From contig JAPZRF010000002.1 of NCBI GenBank assembly GCA_027531145.1, forward strand, positions 46,291 to 110,290: a DNA stretch of 64,000 nucleotides. The letters run 5' to 3'. A program made the position numbers and the translations under genes. The first letter of the stretch is position 1. Each line of letters opens with the position of its first letter. Below are positions 1 to 9,605 of this stretch, piece by piece. The notes below the pieces were generated by a model. That model saw nothing but the letters and a program-made list of their open reading frames with translations, was not told the DNA's origin and did not search any database. Source of the stretch: Brevundimonas sp. Its GTDB lineage: Bacteria > Pseudomonadota > Alphaproteobacteria > Caulobacterales > Caulobacteraceae.

Positions 1-45
1 TCCCCCCGGCTCTTGCAAGGACCCTAGACGGCGGCGGCGGCACGG

Positions 46-73
46 AAAAGCCCCGCCGGCCAACCGGCGGAGC
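46..73 (-). terminator. Rho-independent terminator-like hairpin on the minus strand
   Basis: Reverse strand reads GCTCCGCCGG-TTGG-CCGGCGGGGC-TTTT; no real minus-strand gene ends here. Confidence 0.45.
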
Positions 74-236
74 CGCGATCATTCGGGCATCTGAACGGCG
101 CCTCGCGGGCCGGGTCCGGCCTCGGTTCCGGCCCGGCGCGCTTGGGCAGCGGCCCCGTTCCTGCCGCGACGCTCGACAGGGCCGCCGGTCGCGGGCAAAG
201 GAAAGTCCTGTTTCTGGACTTGAGGAGGACCATCCC

Positions 237-1259
237 ATGGCTCGCATGAACCGCCAGTGGGTGCTGCGCCAGCGGCCCCGGGGGCTCGTTTCCGACGCCG
301 ACCTCGAGCTGGTCGAGGCCCCGATCCCTGATCTCAGAGAGGGCGAGGCGCTGGTACGGACGGTCTATCTCTCGCTCGACCCGACCAACCGCACCTGGAT
401 GAACGACGCCGAGGGCTACCTCCCGCCGGTGCCGCTGGGCGGCGTCATGCGCGGCCTGACCCTGGGCGTGGTCGAGGAGAGCCGAGGCACGCGCTTCAAG
501 CCCGGCGACGTGGTCACCCCCCTGTCCGGCGGCTGGGCCGAGTACGCCGTCGTGCCAGAGGACGGGCTGCGGCCGGTGCACCGCTTTCCCGGCCTGCCCC
601 TTACCGCCAACCTCAGCGTGCTGGGCATGACCGGCCTGACCGCCTGGGCAGGGGTCACCGACGTGCTCGACCCGAAGCCCGGCCAGACCCTGGTGGTTTC
701 CGCCGCCGCCGGGGCCGTCGGCTCGATCGCCGGCCAGATCGCCAAACAGAAGGGCGCGCGTGTCATCGGCATCGCCGGCGGCGAGAAGAAATGCCGCTGG
801 CTGACCGACGAGCTCGGCTTCGACGCGGCCGTGGACTACAAGGCCGAGGACGTCGGCGCGGCGCTGGACCGGCTGGCCCCGGACGGGATTGACCTGAATT
901 TCGAGAACGTCGGCGGCGACATCATGATCGCCGTCTGGAACCGCATGAACGTGTTCGGCAAGATCGCCGTCTGTGGCCTGATCTCGGCCTACAACGCCAC
1001 CAGGGTGCCGCCGTCGCCCAACTTCGCCCGCATCATCACCCACCGCCTCAACGTCCGCGGCTTCCTCGTGCTCGACTACGCCGGCCGCGCCCGCGAGATG
1101 GTGCAGGAGATGGGCCCCTGGCTGGCCGACGGCCGGGTCAGGTGGAAGGTCCACGTCGATGACGGCCTCGAAGGCGCGGTCGGCTCGCTGAACCGCTTGT
1201 TCACCGGCGACCATGACGGCAAGCTGCTGGTGAAGGTGTCCGAGGAGCCCGCCGCCTGA
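237..1259 (+). CDS. NADP-dependent oxidoreductase (MDR, prostaglandin reductase/CurA-like)
   Basis: YLSLDP...WM, GMTGLTAW, VSAAAGAVGS and FENVGG motifs; strong GAGGAGG RBS. Confidence 0.92.
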   Translation: MARMNRQWVLRQRPRGLVSDADLELVEAPIPDLREGEALVRTVYLSLDPTNRTWMNDAEGYLPPVPLGGVMRGLTLGVVEESRGTRFKPGDVVTPLSGGWAEYAVVPEDGLRPVHRFPGLPLTANLSVLGMTGLTAWAGVTDVLDPKPGQTLVVSAAAGAVGSIAGQIAKQKGARVIGIAGGEKKCRWLTDELGFDAAVDYKAEDVGAALDRLAPDGIDLNFENVGGDIMIAVWNRMNVFGKIAVCGLISAYNATRVPPSPNFARIITHRLNVRGFLVLDYAGRAREMVQEMGPWLADGRVRWKVHVDDGLEGAVGSLNRLFTGDHDGKLLVKVSEEPAA

Positions 1260-1705
1260 TGATCGACCCGCCCCCCGGCGCCCCGGAGCCCTGGACCCCG
1301 TCCGAGCCCCTGCTGGTGCATTTCGAGGACTGGGAGGTGGGTCAGGTCTCCGCCCTCGGCGTCTGCGCGGTCGACCCGGCCGCCCTGGCCCTGTTCGTCG
1401 AGCGCTTCGCCCCCGGCCACGAGGTCGAGACCGGCGCGCCGGAAGCCATGGTCTACGCCCTGTGGGCCGGCCTCGCCGCCGAGCGTGCCCGCGGCTGGGC
1501 GCAGACCAAGACCCTGGCCGTCGATGCCCTGCGCTTCTCGCGCAATCCACCCCCCGGCGAGCTGCTGCGCGGCCGCATGACGGTGATGGGCAAGGACCCG
1601 GTCGGCGACGGGAAGGGCATCCTCATCGCCCAGCACGACCTGCTCGACGAGGCTGGCCGCCTCGTCTTCTCCTGCCTCACCCGCACCCTCTTCGCCCGGC
1701 GGTGA
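1259..1705 (+). CDS. MaoC/hotdog-fold dehydratase-like protein
   Basis: Start overlaps the upstream stop; HFEDWEVG N-terminus and LRF..P..PG..L hotdog pattern. Confidence 0.65.
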   Translation: MIDPPPGAPEPWTPSEPLLVHFEDWEVGQVSALGVCAVDPAALALFVERFAPGHEVETGAPEAMVYALWAGLAAERARGWAQTKTLAVDALRFSRNPPPGELLRGRMTVMGKDPVGDGKGILIAQHDLLDEAGRLVFSCLTRTLFARR

Positions 1706-1800
1706 ACGCAGAACGGCCGCGCGGGACGGGGTCCGGCGTGGCCATTCAGATTGTGGAAGGACAGCTCCGGGGCGGCTCGCCGCCCCGGAGAGCGTCACTC

Positions 1801-2598
1801 TCAGGCGTTGCCTGCCTGCGGGGCCTGTTGCGCGGCGCGCTGGAAGGTCATGGCGATCAGGCGATCCCAGCCCAGCAGCGACACCAGGTGGGCGTAGATC
1901 TGGCCCAGGGCACCGTTGTCGCGCAGTTCGGCCAGCTTCTCGGGCGACAGGGCCCGCAGCTTGTCCTCGGACACGGCCTGGTACTCGGCGATGCGCTGCG
2001 GCTCTCCGGCGGTACCGTCCGGATTGCGCGGGATGAAGCGGGCTTCCTTGGTCTCGAACAGGTCGAGGTCGATCAACAGCTTGACGAAGCCCTCGGTGCG
2101 GGCGCGCTCCTGCTCGAAGCTGTTGCAGAACTCCAGCGCCTGCTGGGTGTAGGCGCTCGGCTGGCCGTTCTCGAAGAACGGCATGGCACCGCCCTCGGCC
2201 ACGAACGGGGCGGCGCGGTCGACGCACAGGATCAGGCGGTTCTGCGCCTCGTCATTGGCGTAGACGAACGGATAGCGACGGGCGAAGGCCGGGATGTAGG
2301 CGTCGGGGCGCAGCTCGCCCTCGGCGTCCACGAACAGATTGTCGCCCTCGCGCAGACCCATGACCACCGCCGGCTGCTTCCGGTCGCCGACGAAGATGAC
2401 CGGATAGTTGAGCGCCGCGGCGGCGAACTCGGTGACGGTCAGCGGCACGACGTGGGTGCCCGCCAGGAATGCCCAGGGCTTGTCGGCAGGGTTGACGCCG
2501 AGGGTGCCGTGCATCTCCGGGCTGAGCGGCTCCGGCTGCCGGTAAAACAGGACATTGCCGGTCAGCTGGGCGTTCGGCGAGATGGTCGTGTCGGTCAT
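1801..2598 (-). CDS. SapC family protein
   Basis: VPLTVTEF..AA..YPVIF, GLREGDNLFV and YIPAFARRYPF motifs. Confidence 0.88.
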   Translation of the reverse strand: MTDTTISPNAQLTGNVLFYRQPEPLSPEMHGTLGVNPADKPWAFLAGTHVVPLTVTEFAAAALNYPVIFVGDRKQPAVVMGLREGDNLFVDAEGELRPDAYIPAFARRYPFVYANDEAQNRLILCVDRAAPFVAEGGAMPFFENGQPSAYTQQALEFCNSFEQERARTEGFVKLLIDLDLFETKEARFIPRNPDGTAGEPQRIAEYQAVSEDKLRALSPEKLAELRDNGALGQIYAHLVSLLGWDRLIAMTFQRAAQQAPQAGNA

Positions 2599-2745
2599 CG
2601 GGACTTCGCTGGATGGAAGGAGAGGGCGGCGTCTTAGCGGAAGCGCCGCTCCCCCGCAAACGAACCTCGCGCAAGGTCGGAGGTGTCCGGGCGGAATACC
2701 GCCCGGAAAACGATACGGACCCCTGCGGTAACGGTCAGGCGCGCC

Positions 2746-4788
2746 TCAGAAGGTGAAGGACAGGCCCATCCGCACATTGCGGCCCGGGGCCGGGGCAAGG
2801 TCCTTCAGGAACGAGGCGTGCTCGCGGATCTCGGCGTCGCCCAGGTTCTGGCCCTCGACATAGACCATGACCCCCGGCACGGCCGCCGGGCGCCAGCCGA
2901 GGAAGGCATCGTAGCGGGTATAGCCGTCGGTCGGTAGCTCGAACTCCGCCACCCGCGACTGGGAGCCGACGCGGCGGGCCTTTACCCGGGCCAGCAGCGG
3001 GCCGTAGCTGGCCTCGACCCCCGCGCTCAGGGCGAACGGTGGCACGCGCGAGGCCGCGCCCAGATCGGTCGAGCCGCGCACGATGTCGTAGCCGCCGCTC
3101 AGCACCACCCGGTCGTCCCCGCGCGACCAGGCCGTGATCCGGGCCTCGGCCTCGAGGCCGTAGAACTCGGCGTCGGTCTGGACATAGGCGAACACCGGCA
3201 GCTCATCCTCCTCGTCGCCGGTCGGACGCAGGTCGATGAAGCCGTCGTAGCGGGCGTGGAACAGGTGCAAGTCGGCCTCCAGCTGGCCGCCGTCGTCATA
3301 GTGCAGCGCCGCCTCCAGCGAGGTCACCTCCTCGCTGTCGAGGTCGGCGTCACCGATCTCGAAGGCTCGGGTGGCGATGTGCGGGCCCTCGGCGAACAGC
3401 TCCGCCTCGGTCGGGGCGCGGCCGTTGCGCGAGATCGAGGCACCGACGAACCAGGCCTCGGACGGCTTGGCGAACACGCCCAGCGAGCCCGACACGTTGG
3501 TGAAGGACTCCGAGCCGGCGACGCTGTCGAGGTCGCGGGTGTCGACCCGCAGCCCGCCTTCCAGACCCCAGCCGCCGCGGTCCAGCCGCTGCAGCACGAA
3601 GGCCCCGTACTCGACGATGTCGGTCTGGGGCACATAGGCCTCGTCGCCGATCGCGTTGAAGTCGCGGCTCAGGGCCTGGAGGCCGAAGGCACCGTCCCGG
3701 CCGCCCTGGCGGCGCTGCACGACCTCGACCCGGCCCTCATAACCTTCCGAGGCGAAGATGGTCCCGGTCTCGTCGCCCTCGAACTCGGTGTGGGTGTAGT
3801 CGGCATAGCCGCCGGCGAAGCGCACCTGGGCCAGCGGGCCGCCAGCGAAGTCATAGACGCCGCGCAGGTCGTAGCGGGTCTGCTCAAGGCCGATGGTGAC
3901 GACCTCCTCTTCGTCATGACCATGATCGTCGTCGTGATCCTCGTCCTCATGATGGTGTGCATGACCCGGAACGCCGTAGTCGGTCTCGGTGCGCTTGACC
4001 GATAGGCCGACGAAGCCCCAGCCGCCGATGTAGGACACGCCGGCACCATAGGCGTCGAGGTTGACGAAGCTGTTCTCCAGCGTGGTCGCGCCCGTGTCCT
4101 CGAACGCTTCGCCCTCTGCCGCCAGCTGGCGGCGCGATTCCGACGGGACCGGGATGTCATAGTCCTCCGCCTCGCGGCGCAGGCCGTCGAGGGTGAAGAC
4201 CAGCGGGCCGGCGGCTAAGCTGATCGCCGCGCCGACGCTGACGCCCTCGTCGACGCTCGACGACTGGGCCGAGACACGGCCCGAGACCCCGCCCTCGGGG
4301 GCCTGTTCGGCGATGCGCCCGTCGATGACATTGACCACGCCGCCGATGGCCGAGCCGCCGAAGGCCAGGGTCTGGGGCCCACGCAGCACCTCGATGCGGG
4401 TCGCTTCGCCCGGGTCGGCCGCCACCTGGTGGTCCGGCGACAGGGACGAGGCGTCGATCAGGCCCAGCCCGTTGGCCAGCACCTGCACCCGTGGGCCGGC
4501 GAGGCCGCGGATCACCGGCCGGCTGGCCCCGGCGGCGAAGCTGGTCGAGCGCACGCCCGGCAGGCCGTTGAGCACGTCGCCCAGACCGCCGGCCGGGGCG
4601 CTCAGCAGCGCCTCCTGGTCCAGCACGTCGACGGCGATGGTGGTAGCGTCGGCCGTCACGCCATAGGGCGCGGCGGTGACGACGATCTCGTCCACCGTGG
4701 TCACGCCCCGGCCCGGCTCCTGAGCCGCGGCGGCGCCGGCGAGGCCGGCGGCGAACATGAGAGTGGCGGTCGACACGAGAGAGCGCAT
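2746..4788 (-). CDS. TonB-dependent receptor, ZnuD-like zinc uptake candidate
   Basis: Signal peptide, TonB box (DEIVVTA), plug SRPVIRG/IEVLRGP, His/Asp-rich loop HAHHHEDEDHDDDHGH, C-terminal Phe; divergent from zur. Confidence 0.9.
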   Translation of the reverse strand: MRSLVSTATLMFAAGLAGAAAAQEPGRGVTTVDEIVVTAAPYGVTADATTIAVDVLDQEALLSAPAGGLGDVLNGLPGVRSTSFAAGASRPVIRGLAGPRVQVLANGLGLIDASSLSPDHQVAADPGEATRIEVLRGPQTLAFGGSAIGGVVNVIDGRIAEQAPEGGVSGRVSAQSSSVDEGVSVGAAISLAAGPLVFTLDGLRREAEDYDIPVPSESRRQLAAEGEAFEDTGATTLENSFVNLDAYGAGVSYIGGWGFVGLSVKRTETDYGVPGHAHHHEDEDHDDDHGHDEEEVVTIGLEQTRYDLRGVYDFAGGPLAQVRFAGGYADYTHTEFEGDETGTIFASEGYEGRVEVVQRRQGGRDGAFGLQALSRDFNAIGDEAYVPQTDIVEYGAFVLQRLDRGGWGLEGGLRVDTRDLDSVAGSESFTNVSGSLGVFAKPSEAWFVGASISRNGRAPTEAELFAEGPHIATRAFEIGDADLDSEEVTSLEAALHYDDGGQLEADLHLFHARYDGFIDLRPTGDEEDELPVFAYVQTDAEFYGLEAEARITAWSRGDDRVVLSGGYDIVRGSTDLGAASRVPPFALSAGVEASYGPLLARVKARRVGSQSRVAEFELPTDGYTRYDAFLGWRPAAVPGVMVYVEGQNLGDAEIREHASFLKDLAPAPGRNVRMGLSFTF

Positions 4789-4817
4789 GGCGGGGGGCTC
4801 CGAAACTGATCACGTTT

Positions 4818-4832
4818 CGTTATGAGATAACG
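4818..4832. promoter_or_regulatory. Zur-box-like palindrome CGTTAT-GAG-ATAACG
   Basis: Perfect 6-3-6 AT-rich inverted repeat between the divergent receptor and zur genes; resembles the GTTAT-N3-ATAAC Zur core. Confidence 0.7.
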
Positions 4833-4887
4833 TCTCTCCCGGTCAAGCGCCGTTGCGACACAGGCCGAAGACGACTAGCTGAAGGAC

Positions 4888-5370
4888 ATGGCGGACAGCT
4901 GCGGACACCCCCATGCCCACGCCGGCCTGTCTGCCGGTGCCCTGGCCGAGGCGCTGGAGGCGGCCGAGCGCGCCTGCCGCGCCGATGGCGAGCGCATGAC
5001 CGGACCGCGCCGCCGGGTGCTGGAGCTGCTTCTTCGGGCCGGGGAGCCGGTCAAGGCCTATGACCTGATCGGCCGCTACGGCCCCGACGGCCAGGCCGCC
5101 AAGCCGCCGACCGTCTATCGCGCCCTCGAGTTTCTGGAGCGCCGCGGCCTCGCCCACCGCATCGCCTCCCTGTCGGCCTATGTGGCCTGCGACCATGCGT
5201 CCCGCGCCCACGCCGCCGCCTTCCTGATCTGCGACTGCTGCGGCGAGGCGCGCGAGCTGGAGGCCCCCGCCGGCGCCGGTCTCTCCGACGCCGCCGCCGC
5301 CCTGGGCTATGTCGTCGACCGCGTCACCGTCGAGGCCCACGGCCGCTGCGCCGCCTGCCGCGAGGGCTGA
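4888..5370 (+). CDS. zur: Zinc uptake regulator (Fur family)
   Basis: AYDL, KPPTVYRALEFL, HRIASL, FLICDCCG and C-terminal CxxC; next to the His-rich receptor. Confidence 0.85.
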   Translation: MADSCGHPHAHAGLSAGALAEALEAAERACRADGERMTGPRRRVLELLLRAGEPVKAYDLIGRYGPDGQAAKPPTVYRALEFLERRGLAHRIASLSAYVACDHASRAHAAAFLICDCCGEARELEAPAGAGLSDAAAALGYVVDRVTVEAHGRCAACREG

Positions 5371-5420
5371 CGCCGCACAGCGACCCGCTGCGTCTGGTGC
5401 CCCGCCCCCCGAGCGGCTAG

Positions 5421-6311
5421 GTGTCTGGCATGGACGCCGCCCGGCTGACCCCGCCCCGCCGCCTCGAGATCCCGCTGCCGGGGCGCGAGCCCGACGGCGT
5501 CATGACCGCGCTCGAGCTCGGCCCGACCGACCGGCCGGTCGATCTGCTGTTCCTGCACGCCAACGGCTTTCACGGCGGCGTCTACCGCCAGCTGCTGACG
5601 CCGCTGGGCGGGGCCCTGCGCGTGCTCGCCCCGGACCAGCGCGGCCACGGCCGCAGCCGGCTGACGGCCGACCCCGAGGGGCGGCGCAGCTGGGCCGATC
5701 TGCGCGACGACCTCGTCGCCCTGCTGGACCGACTGAACGGCCCGCCGCTGGTGCTGGCCGGCCATTCCATGGGCGGCACAGTGGCCCTGCTGGCCGCCGC
5801 GGCCCGACCTGAGCGGGTCTCCAGCCTGTTGCTGCTGGATCCGGTGATCTGGCCGCGCGCCGCGACCCTGATGCTCAATCTGCCGCTGGCCGGACGGCTG
5901 GCCGGGCGGATCCCGCTGGTGCAGGGCGCCATGCGCCGCCGCCGCGCCTTCCCCGACCGCCTCGCTGCCGTCGCCGCCTACCGCGGCCGCGGGGCCTTCC
6001 GCGACTGGCCCGACGCGGTACTGGCCGACTATGTCGCCGACGGCTTCCTTGAAGCTGGCGAGGAAGTGCAACTGGCCTGCGCCGTCGAATGGGAGGCCTC
6101 CAACTACGCGGCCCAGGCCCATGACCCCTGGCGGGCACTGGCCCGGGTGGGCCGCCCGGTCCGCGTGCTGCGCGCGGCCCGCGAGAGCACCTGCCATGTG
6201 CTGCGCCCGATCCGCCCGGGGGTCACGGTCGAGATCGTCGAAGGCGGCCACTTCTTCCCCATGACCCACCCCGGCGTAGCCCGCGACGCCCTGTTCGAGG
6301 CGGCGGTCTAA
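5421..6311 (+). CDS. Alpha/beta hydrolase
   Basis: LHANGF, DQRGHG, GHSMGG nucleophile elbow and GGHFFP. Confidence 0.88.
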   Translation: MSGMDAARLTPPRRLEIPLPGREPDGVMTALELGPTDRPVDLLFLHANGFHGGVYRQLLTPLGGALRVLAPDQRGHGRSRLTADPEGRRSWADLRDDLVALLDRLNGPPLVLAGHSMGGTVALLAAAARPERVSSLLLLDPVIWPRAATLMLNLPLAGRLAGRIPLVQGAMRRRRAFPDRLAAVAAYRGRGAFRDWPDAVLADYVADGFLEAGEEVQLACAVEWEASNYAAQAHDPWRALARVGRPVRVLRAARESTCHVLRPIRPGVTVEIVEGGHFFPMTHPGVARDALFEAAV

Positions 6312-6362
6312 GCTCTGTGCCCAAATCAATCATTGAAATGAGCCATCCCGCTCGCGGCTCGC

Positions 6363-6881
6363 TCAGGGCTGGCCGGCGGCCTCGTCGCGTCCGACGGCGG
6401 CCCGTCCCGCCTGGCCGGCGGCGCTATAGATGAACCCGTAGGTCGGATAGACCGTGGTGCCTAGGTCGCGGATCGGCCCGTACCAGACCCGCACTGCGCT
6501 CCAGTCGCCGGCCTCGGAGACATCGACCACGGTGACGTCCTCCTCGACCCGGCCGCGGCTGCCGCCCCAGTTGGCGTGGGTCACCTTGACGACGCGATCG
6601 GTCAGGACGTTGGAGACCACGGCGACATGGCCGCGCGACATGCGGCCGTGCGGCTGGAACACCAGCACCGACCCGGTCTCCGGGCTGCGGCCGGTGCGGA
6701 ACCGGTCCACGGCCTGGTTCCACCAGGTCCAGGCGTCGCCGAAAATCTGGATGCCCGAGATCATCCGGGCGAAGGTCACGCACTGCCAGTAGGGCTCGTC
6801 GGCGCGCACCTGCAGCGGGGTCGCCGCCACAAGAAGTCCGAGGGTCGCCGCGACCGCGGCGGCATTGAGCCGTTGAAGCAT
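6363..6881 (-). CDS. CHAP-domain peptidoglycan amidase/endopeptidase, secreted
   Basis: Signal peptide from MLQRLN; catalytic WQCVTFAR and GHVAVV; start trimmed from the ORF track. Confidence 0.85.
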   Translation of the reverse strand: MLQRLNAAAVAATLGLLVAATPLQVRADEPYWQCVTFARMISGIQIFGDAWTWWNQAVDRFRTGRSPETGSVLVFQPHGRMSRGHVAVVSNVLTDRVVKVTHANWGGSRGRVEEDVTVVDVSEAGDWSAVRVWYGPIRDLGTTVYPTYGFIYSAAGQAGRAAVGRDEAAGQP

Positions 6882-6966
6882 GTCGGAACTGGTCGCCGTT
6901 TCGGGGAAATTTACGCTTAACCGATCTCCGCGCGGGGGAGAACCCCCTCGCGCGGGCACCGCGCCC

Positions 6967-8088
6967 TCAGGTCGCGCCCGCCGCCCTCGCCGGGTTGGCC
7001 CGGACCACGCCGAGGTCGCGCAGCCAGCGCCGCGCCGGGTGCTCGACGAGGTGATAGGACACCGCCGCCGCCAGCGGCAGGGCGGCGATCACCGCCAGCC
7101 ACAGCCACAGCGGCAGCTGTTTGTCCTCGGCCCCGACCAGGCGGGCGGCGACATTGACCGCCAGGACCTGCCAGGGCGCGGCGATCATATAAACCGAATA
7201 GCTGATCTCCCCGAGATAGACCCCGGCCCGCGACGCCATCAGGCCGCCCCGGGCGTTCTGCAGCCCGGCAAGGCCGAGGATCAGCGGCGCGAACAGCAGC
7301 ACGATCAGCCCGTCCCACAGCGCCGGAACCGGGATCAGGCCCGGCGGCAGGCTGGCGGCGACGAGCACGCCGAGCCCGGCCAGCCCCGCCATCAGGTCGG
7401 GCACCGGAACCGGCCCGCGCCGGTGGATCAGATAGAGGGCGCAGCCCAGCGCAAAGCACGGCACGATGCGCAGGGCACCCCAGCGGATCGTCGCCTCGGT
7501 CAGCAGAAAGCCGGACAGCTGCGCGAAGAGGACATACAGCGCCACCAGACCGGCGCCCGCGGCCACGGTCGCCAGCCCCGGCCGGGTCCGCAGCCGCCAG
7601 GCGACCCAGGCAAAGGCCGGGAACAGCAGATAGGCGAACCACTCCGCCGAGATCGACCAGGACGGATGGTTCCAGCCGGCCTCCGGCGCGAAGCCCCAGG
7701 CGTGCAGCAGCAGCAGGTTGGCCGGAAGGGACTCCCAGCTCAGCAGACTGCCGTCCACGGCGATCCCCGCCAGCCCGGCGACCACCGCCAGCGCCCCGAC
7801 CCCGACCAGGGTGAACAGGTGCAGCGGATAGACCCGCGCCAGCCGCGCCCACAGGAAGCCGCGGTAGCGGAAGCCGCCGGTCCCGGCCGCCTCCAGATAG
7901 ACATGGCTGAGGATGAAGCCCGACAGCACGAAGAACAGCTCGACCCCGAGGTAGCCCTTGGTCGCCAGCGTCGGCGTGAAGCCGACGTCGAGGTTCTTCC
8001 AGAAGGTGAACATCACCACCCACAGGGCGGCGATGAAACGCAGGCTGGTCAGGGCGCGAAGATCGGCAGGGGGCGCGACGGGGGTCAT
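6967..8088 (-). CDS. Acyltransferase-3 (OafA-like) membrane protein
   Basis: LTSLRFIAA, GVELFFVLSGFIL, ARLARVYP, WSISAEW, GEISYSVY and YHLVEHP motifs. Confidence 0.9.
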   Translation of the reverse strand: MTPVAPPADLRALTSLRFIAALWVVMFTFWKNLDVGFTPTLATKGYLGVELFFVLSGFILSHVYLEAAGTGGFRYRGFLWARLARVYPLHLFTLVGVGALAVVAGLAGIAVDGSLLSWESLPANLLLLHAWGFAPEAGWNHPSWSISAEWFAYLLFPAFAWVAWRLRTRPGLATVAAGAGLVALYVLFAQLSGFLLTEATIRWGALRIVPCFALGCALYLIHRRGPVPVPDLMAGLAGLGVLVAASLPPGLIPVPALWDGLIVLLFAPLILGLAGLQNARGGLMASRAGVYLGEISYSVYMIAAPWQVLAVNVAARLVGAEDKQLPLWLWLAVIAALPLAAAVSYHLVEHPARRWLRDLGVVRANPARAAGAT

Positions 8089-8122
8089 GCCCCCTGCATA
8101 CCGCCGTCCGCTTCAGGAAAGG

Positions 8123-8590
8123 TTACGCGCCCGGCTCTTCCATCAGCCGCGCCGTGGCCTCGGCGCAGCCGGCCAGTTCCGTCTCGCCCGTCTCGAACCG
8201 CGCCGTGAGGGGATAGACCCGGTCGCTCATGCCGTCCGAGCATTCGGTGGCGATCAGGGTCAGGGTGGCGGTCGCCCCATCATCCGCCCCGCCGCGCCAG
8301 ACCGCCGTGGTCCCGACCAGCTCGGGCGCCCCGGCGGCGAACCGCTGCTCGGGGAGATCCACTCCGGTCAGGGTCAGGGCGCCCTCGGCGATGTCGACGC
8401 CCCAGAACGGCTCGGTCCCCAGCGCCCGCACCGGCTGGCCCAGATCGACGCCGCCGAGCACCACCGGCGCGGCGGGCTCCGGCGGACGCTCGCCCTCCCA
8501 CGCCGTGTCGCCCGCGGGCTCGCAGCCGGTCAGGGCCGCGGCGGCACACAGGGCCAGGCCGGCGATGCAGGGGCGCAGGATGGCGGGCAT
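8123..8590 (-). CDS. Lipoprotein, COG3650-like
   Basis: Lipobox LTGC; GTEPFWG and CSDGMSDRVYP motifs; start set at MPAILR. Confidence 0.7.
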   Translation of the reverse strand: MPAILRPCIAGLALCAAAALTGCEPAGDTAWEGERPPEPAAPVVLGGVDLGQPVRALGTEPFWGVDIAEGALTLTGVDLPEQRFAAGAPELVGTTAVWRGGADDGATATLTLIATECSDGMSDRVYPLTARFETGETELAGCAEATARLMEEPGA

Positions 8591-8667
8591 GGGACGCTCC
8601 GGGAGAGACAGGCCTGGATCAGGCCCCGCCCCCGCGCGCCGGTCAAGCGGTGCGAACAGGTTCCGGC

Positions 8668-8925
8668 TCAGCGGTCGTGGTCGGGCGGCCGTCCCGGATC
8701 GAGGCTGTTGTTGACCCGGTCGTCCCAGCCCTCGCGGTGCGAGAGGAAGGCCAGGGCCATCAGCCCCCACGCGAGACCAGAGGTGCCGAGGATGCCCAGC
8801 GCCAGGGCGATCCAGCCGTGCACCGACATCTCGCCGCCGCCGATCGCCTCCCACGTCGCGCCCAGCGCCCAGGTCGAGACCCCCGCCACCATGAATGACA
8901 GCAGCAAGAGCAGTGCGAAGCGCAT
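8668..8925 (-). CDS. Small two-TM membrane protein
   Basis: Two hydrophobic segments, HGWIA and SHREGWDDR; start set at MRFALL. Confidence 0.6.
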   Translation of the reverse strand: MRFALLLLLSFMVAGVSTWALGATWEAIGGGEMSVHGWIALALGILGTSGLAWGLMALAFLSHREGWDDRVNNSLDPGRPPDHDR

Positions 8926-8957
8926 GATACGCTCGGCCAGGGCCGGGCGCTCCGGCG

Positions 8958-9317
8958 TCACCGCTGCACCCACTGGCCCTGGGCGTTGCGGTACCATTCG
9001 CCCGTGGCGATGCGCGGCAGCAGGTTCAGCTCGAACATGCGCGCCCCGGCCACGGCGGCCGTGGTGCCCGCGGCCTCGGCGCTGCGCGCATAGACCTGGG
9101 CCCGGGCGGCGTTGGTCGAGCGCACCGCCTCGCGCAGGGGCGCGTCGTCGCTGTCGAGGCGGAAGCCGAGGAAGCCGTCGGCCTGCTCGCCAACCACGCC
9201 GGCGGCCTTGGCGGCGTCGATGCGGGCCTTCTCGACGGCGGTCTGGGCGAGGACCGGGGCAGCCGCCACGGCGGCCACGGCGGCAACGGCCATGAGCACA
9301 TGCGGGGGACGGAACAT
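8958..9317 (-). CDS. ydbL: YdbL (DUF1318) periplasmic protein
   Basis: AKAAGVVGEQADGFLG, NAARAQVY, GEWYRNAQGQW; last gene of ydbH-ynbE-ydbL. Confidence 0.85.
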   Translation of the reverse strand: MFRPPHVLMAVAAVAAVAAAPVLAQTAVEKARIDAAKAAGVVGEQADGFLGFRLDSDDAPLREAVRSTNAARAQVYARSAEAAGTTAAVAGARMFELNLLPRIATGEWYRNAQGQWVQR

Positions 9318-9330
9318 CACAGCTCTCCGG

Positions 9331-9528
9331 TCAGAACAGGTTGGGGTTTTCGCGCAGCAGCTGCTGCAGCTCCTGGTCCAGCCGCACTCGCACATCGGCA
9401 TCGAGCCGGGCATAGATCTGGATCGGGTCGACCTGCAGCCGCACCGTCGGGGTGCAGGCGGTGCCGGCCAGGGCCCCCGCTGCAGCGAGAAGGGCCAGAA
9501 CCGGCCGGACAGGAACGCGCGGGGTCAT
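9331..9528 (-). CDS. ynbE: YnbE family lipoprotein
   Basis: Lipobox GTAC-TPTV followed by DPIQIYARLDADVRVRLD...NPNLF. Confidence 0.85.
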   Translation of the reverse strand: MTPRVPVRPVLALLAAAGALAGTACTPTVRLQVDPIQIYARLDADVRVRLDQELQQLLRENPNLF

Positions 9529-9605
9529 GGGCGAAATCCGGGGTGGGAGAGACGGGGCGTCACGCGGAAAGCTGAAGGGCCGGACCAGACAACGCGCCAG
9601 CGCCT

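Noticed and set aside
24-1550. 508-aa minus-strand ORF and similar long shadow ORFs (14784-16997, 23389-25791, 24545-27460, 41647-43155, 51813-54452)
   Set aside because: They lie antisense or out of frame to well-recognised genes, lack family motifs, and are the expected result of high GC3 suppressing stop codons.
6312-6362. Short AT-rich stretch after the hydrolase stop, suggesting an IS or MITE end
   Set aside because: No partner terminal repeat, target duplication or second copy found in the window.
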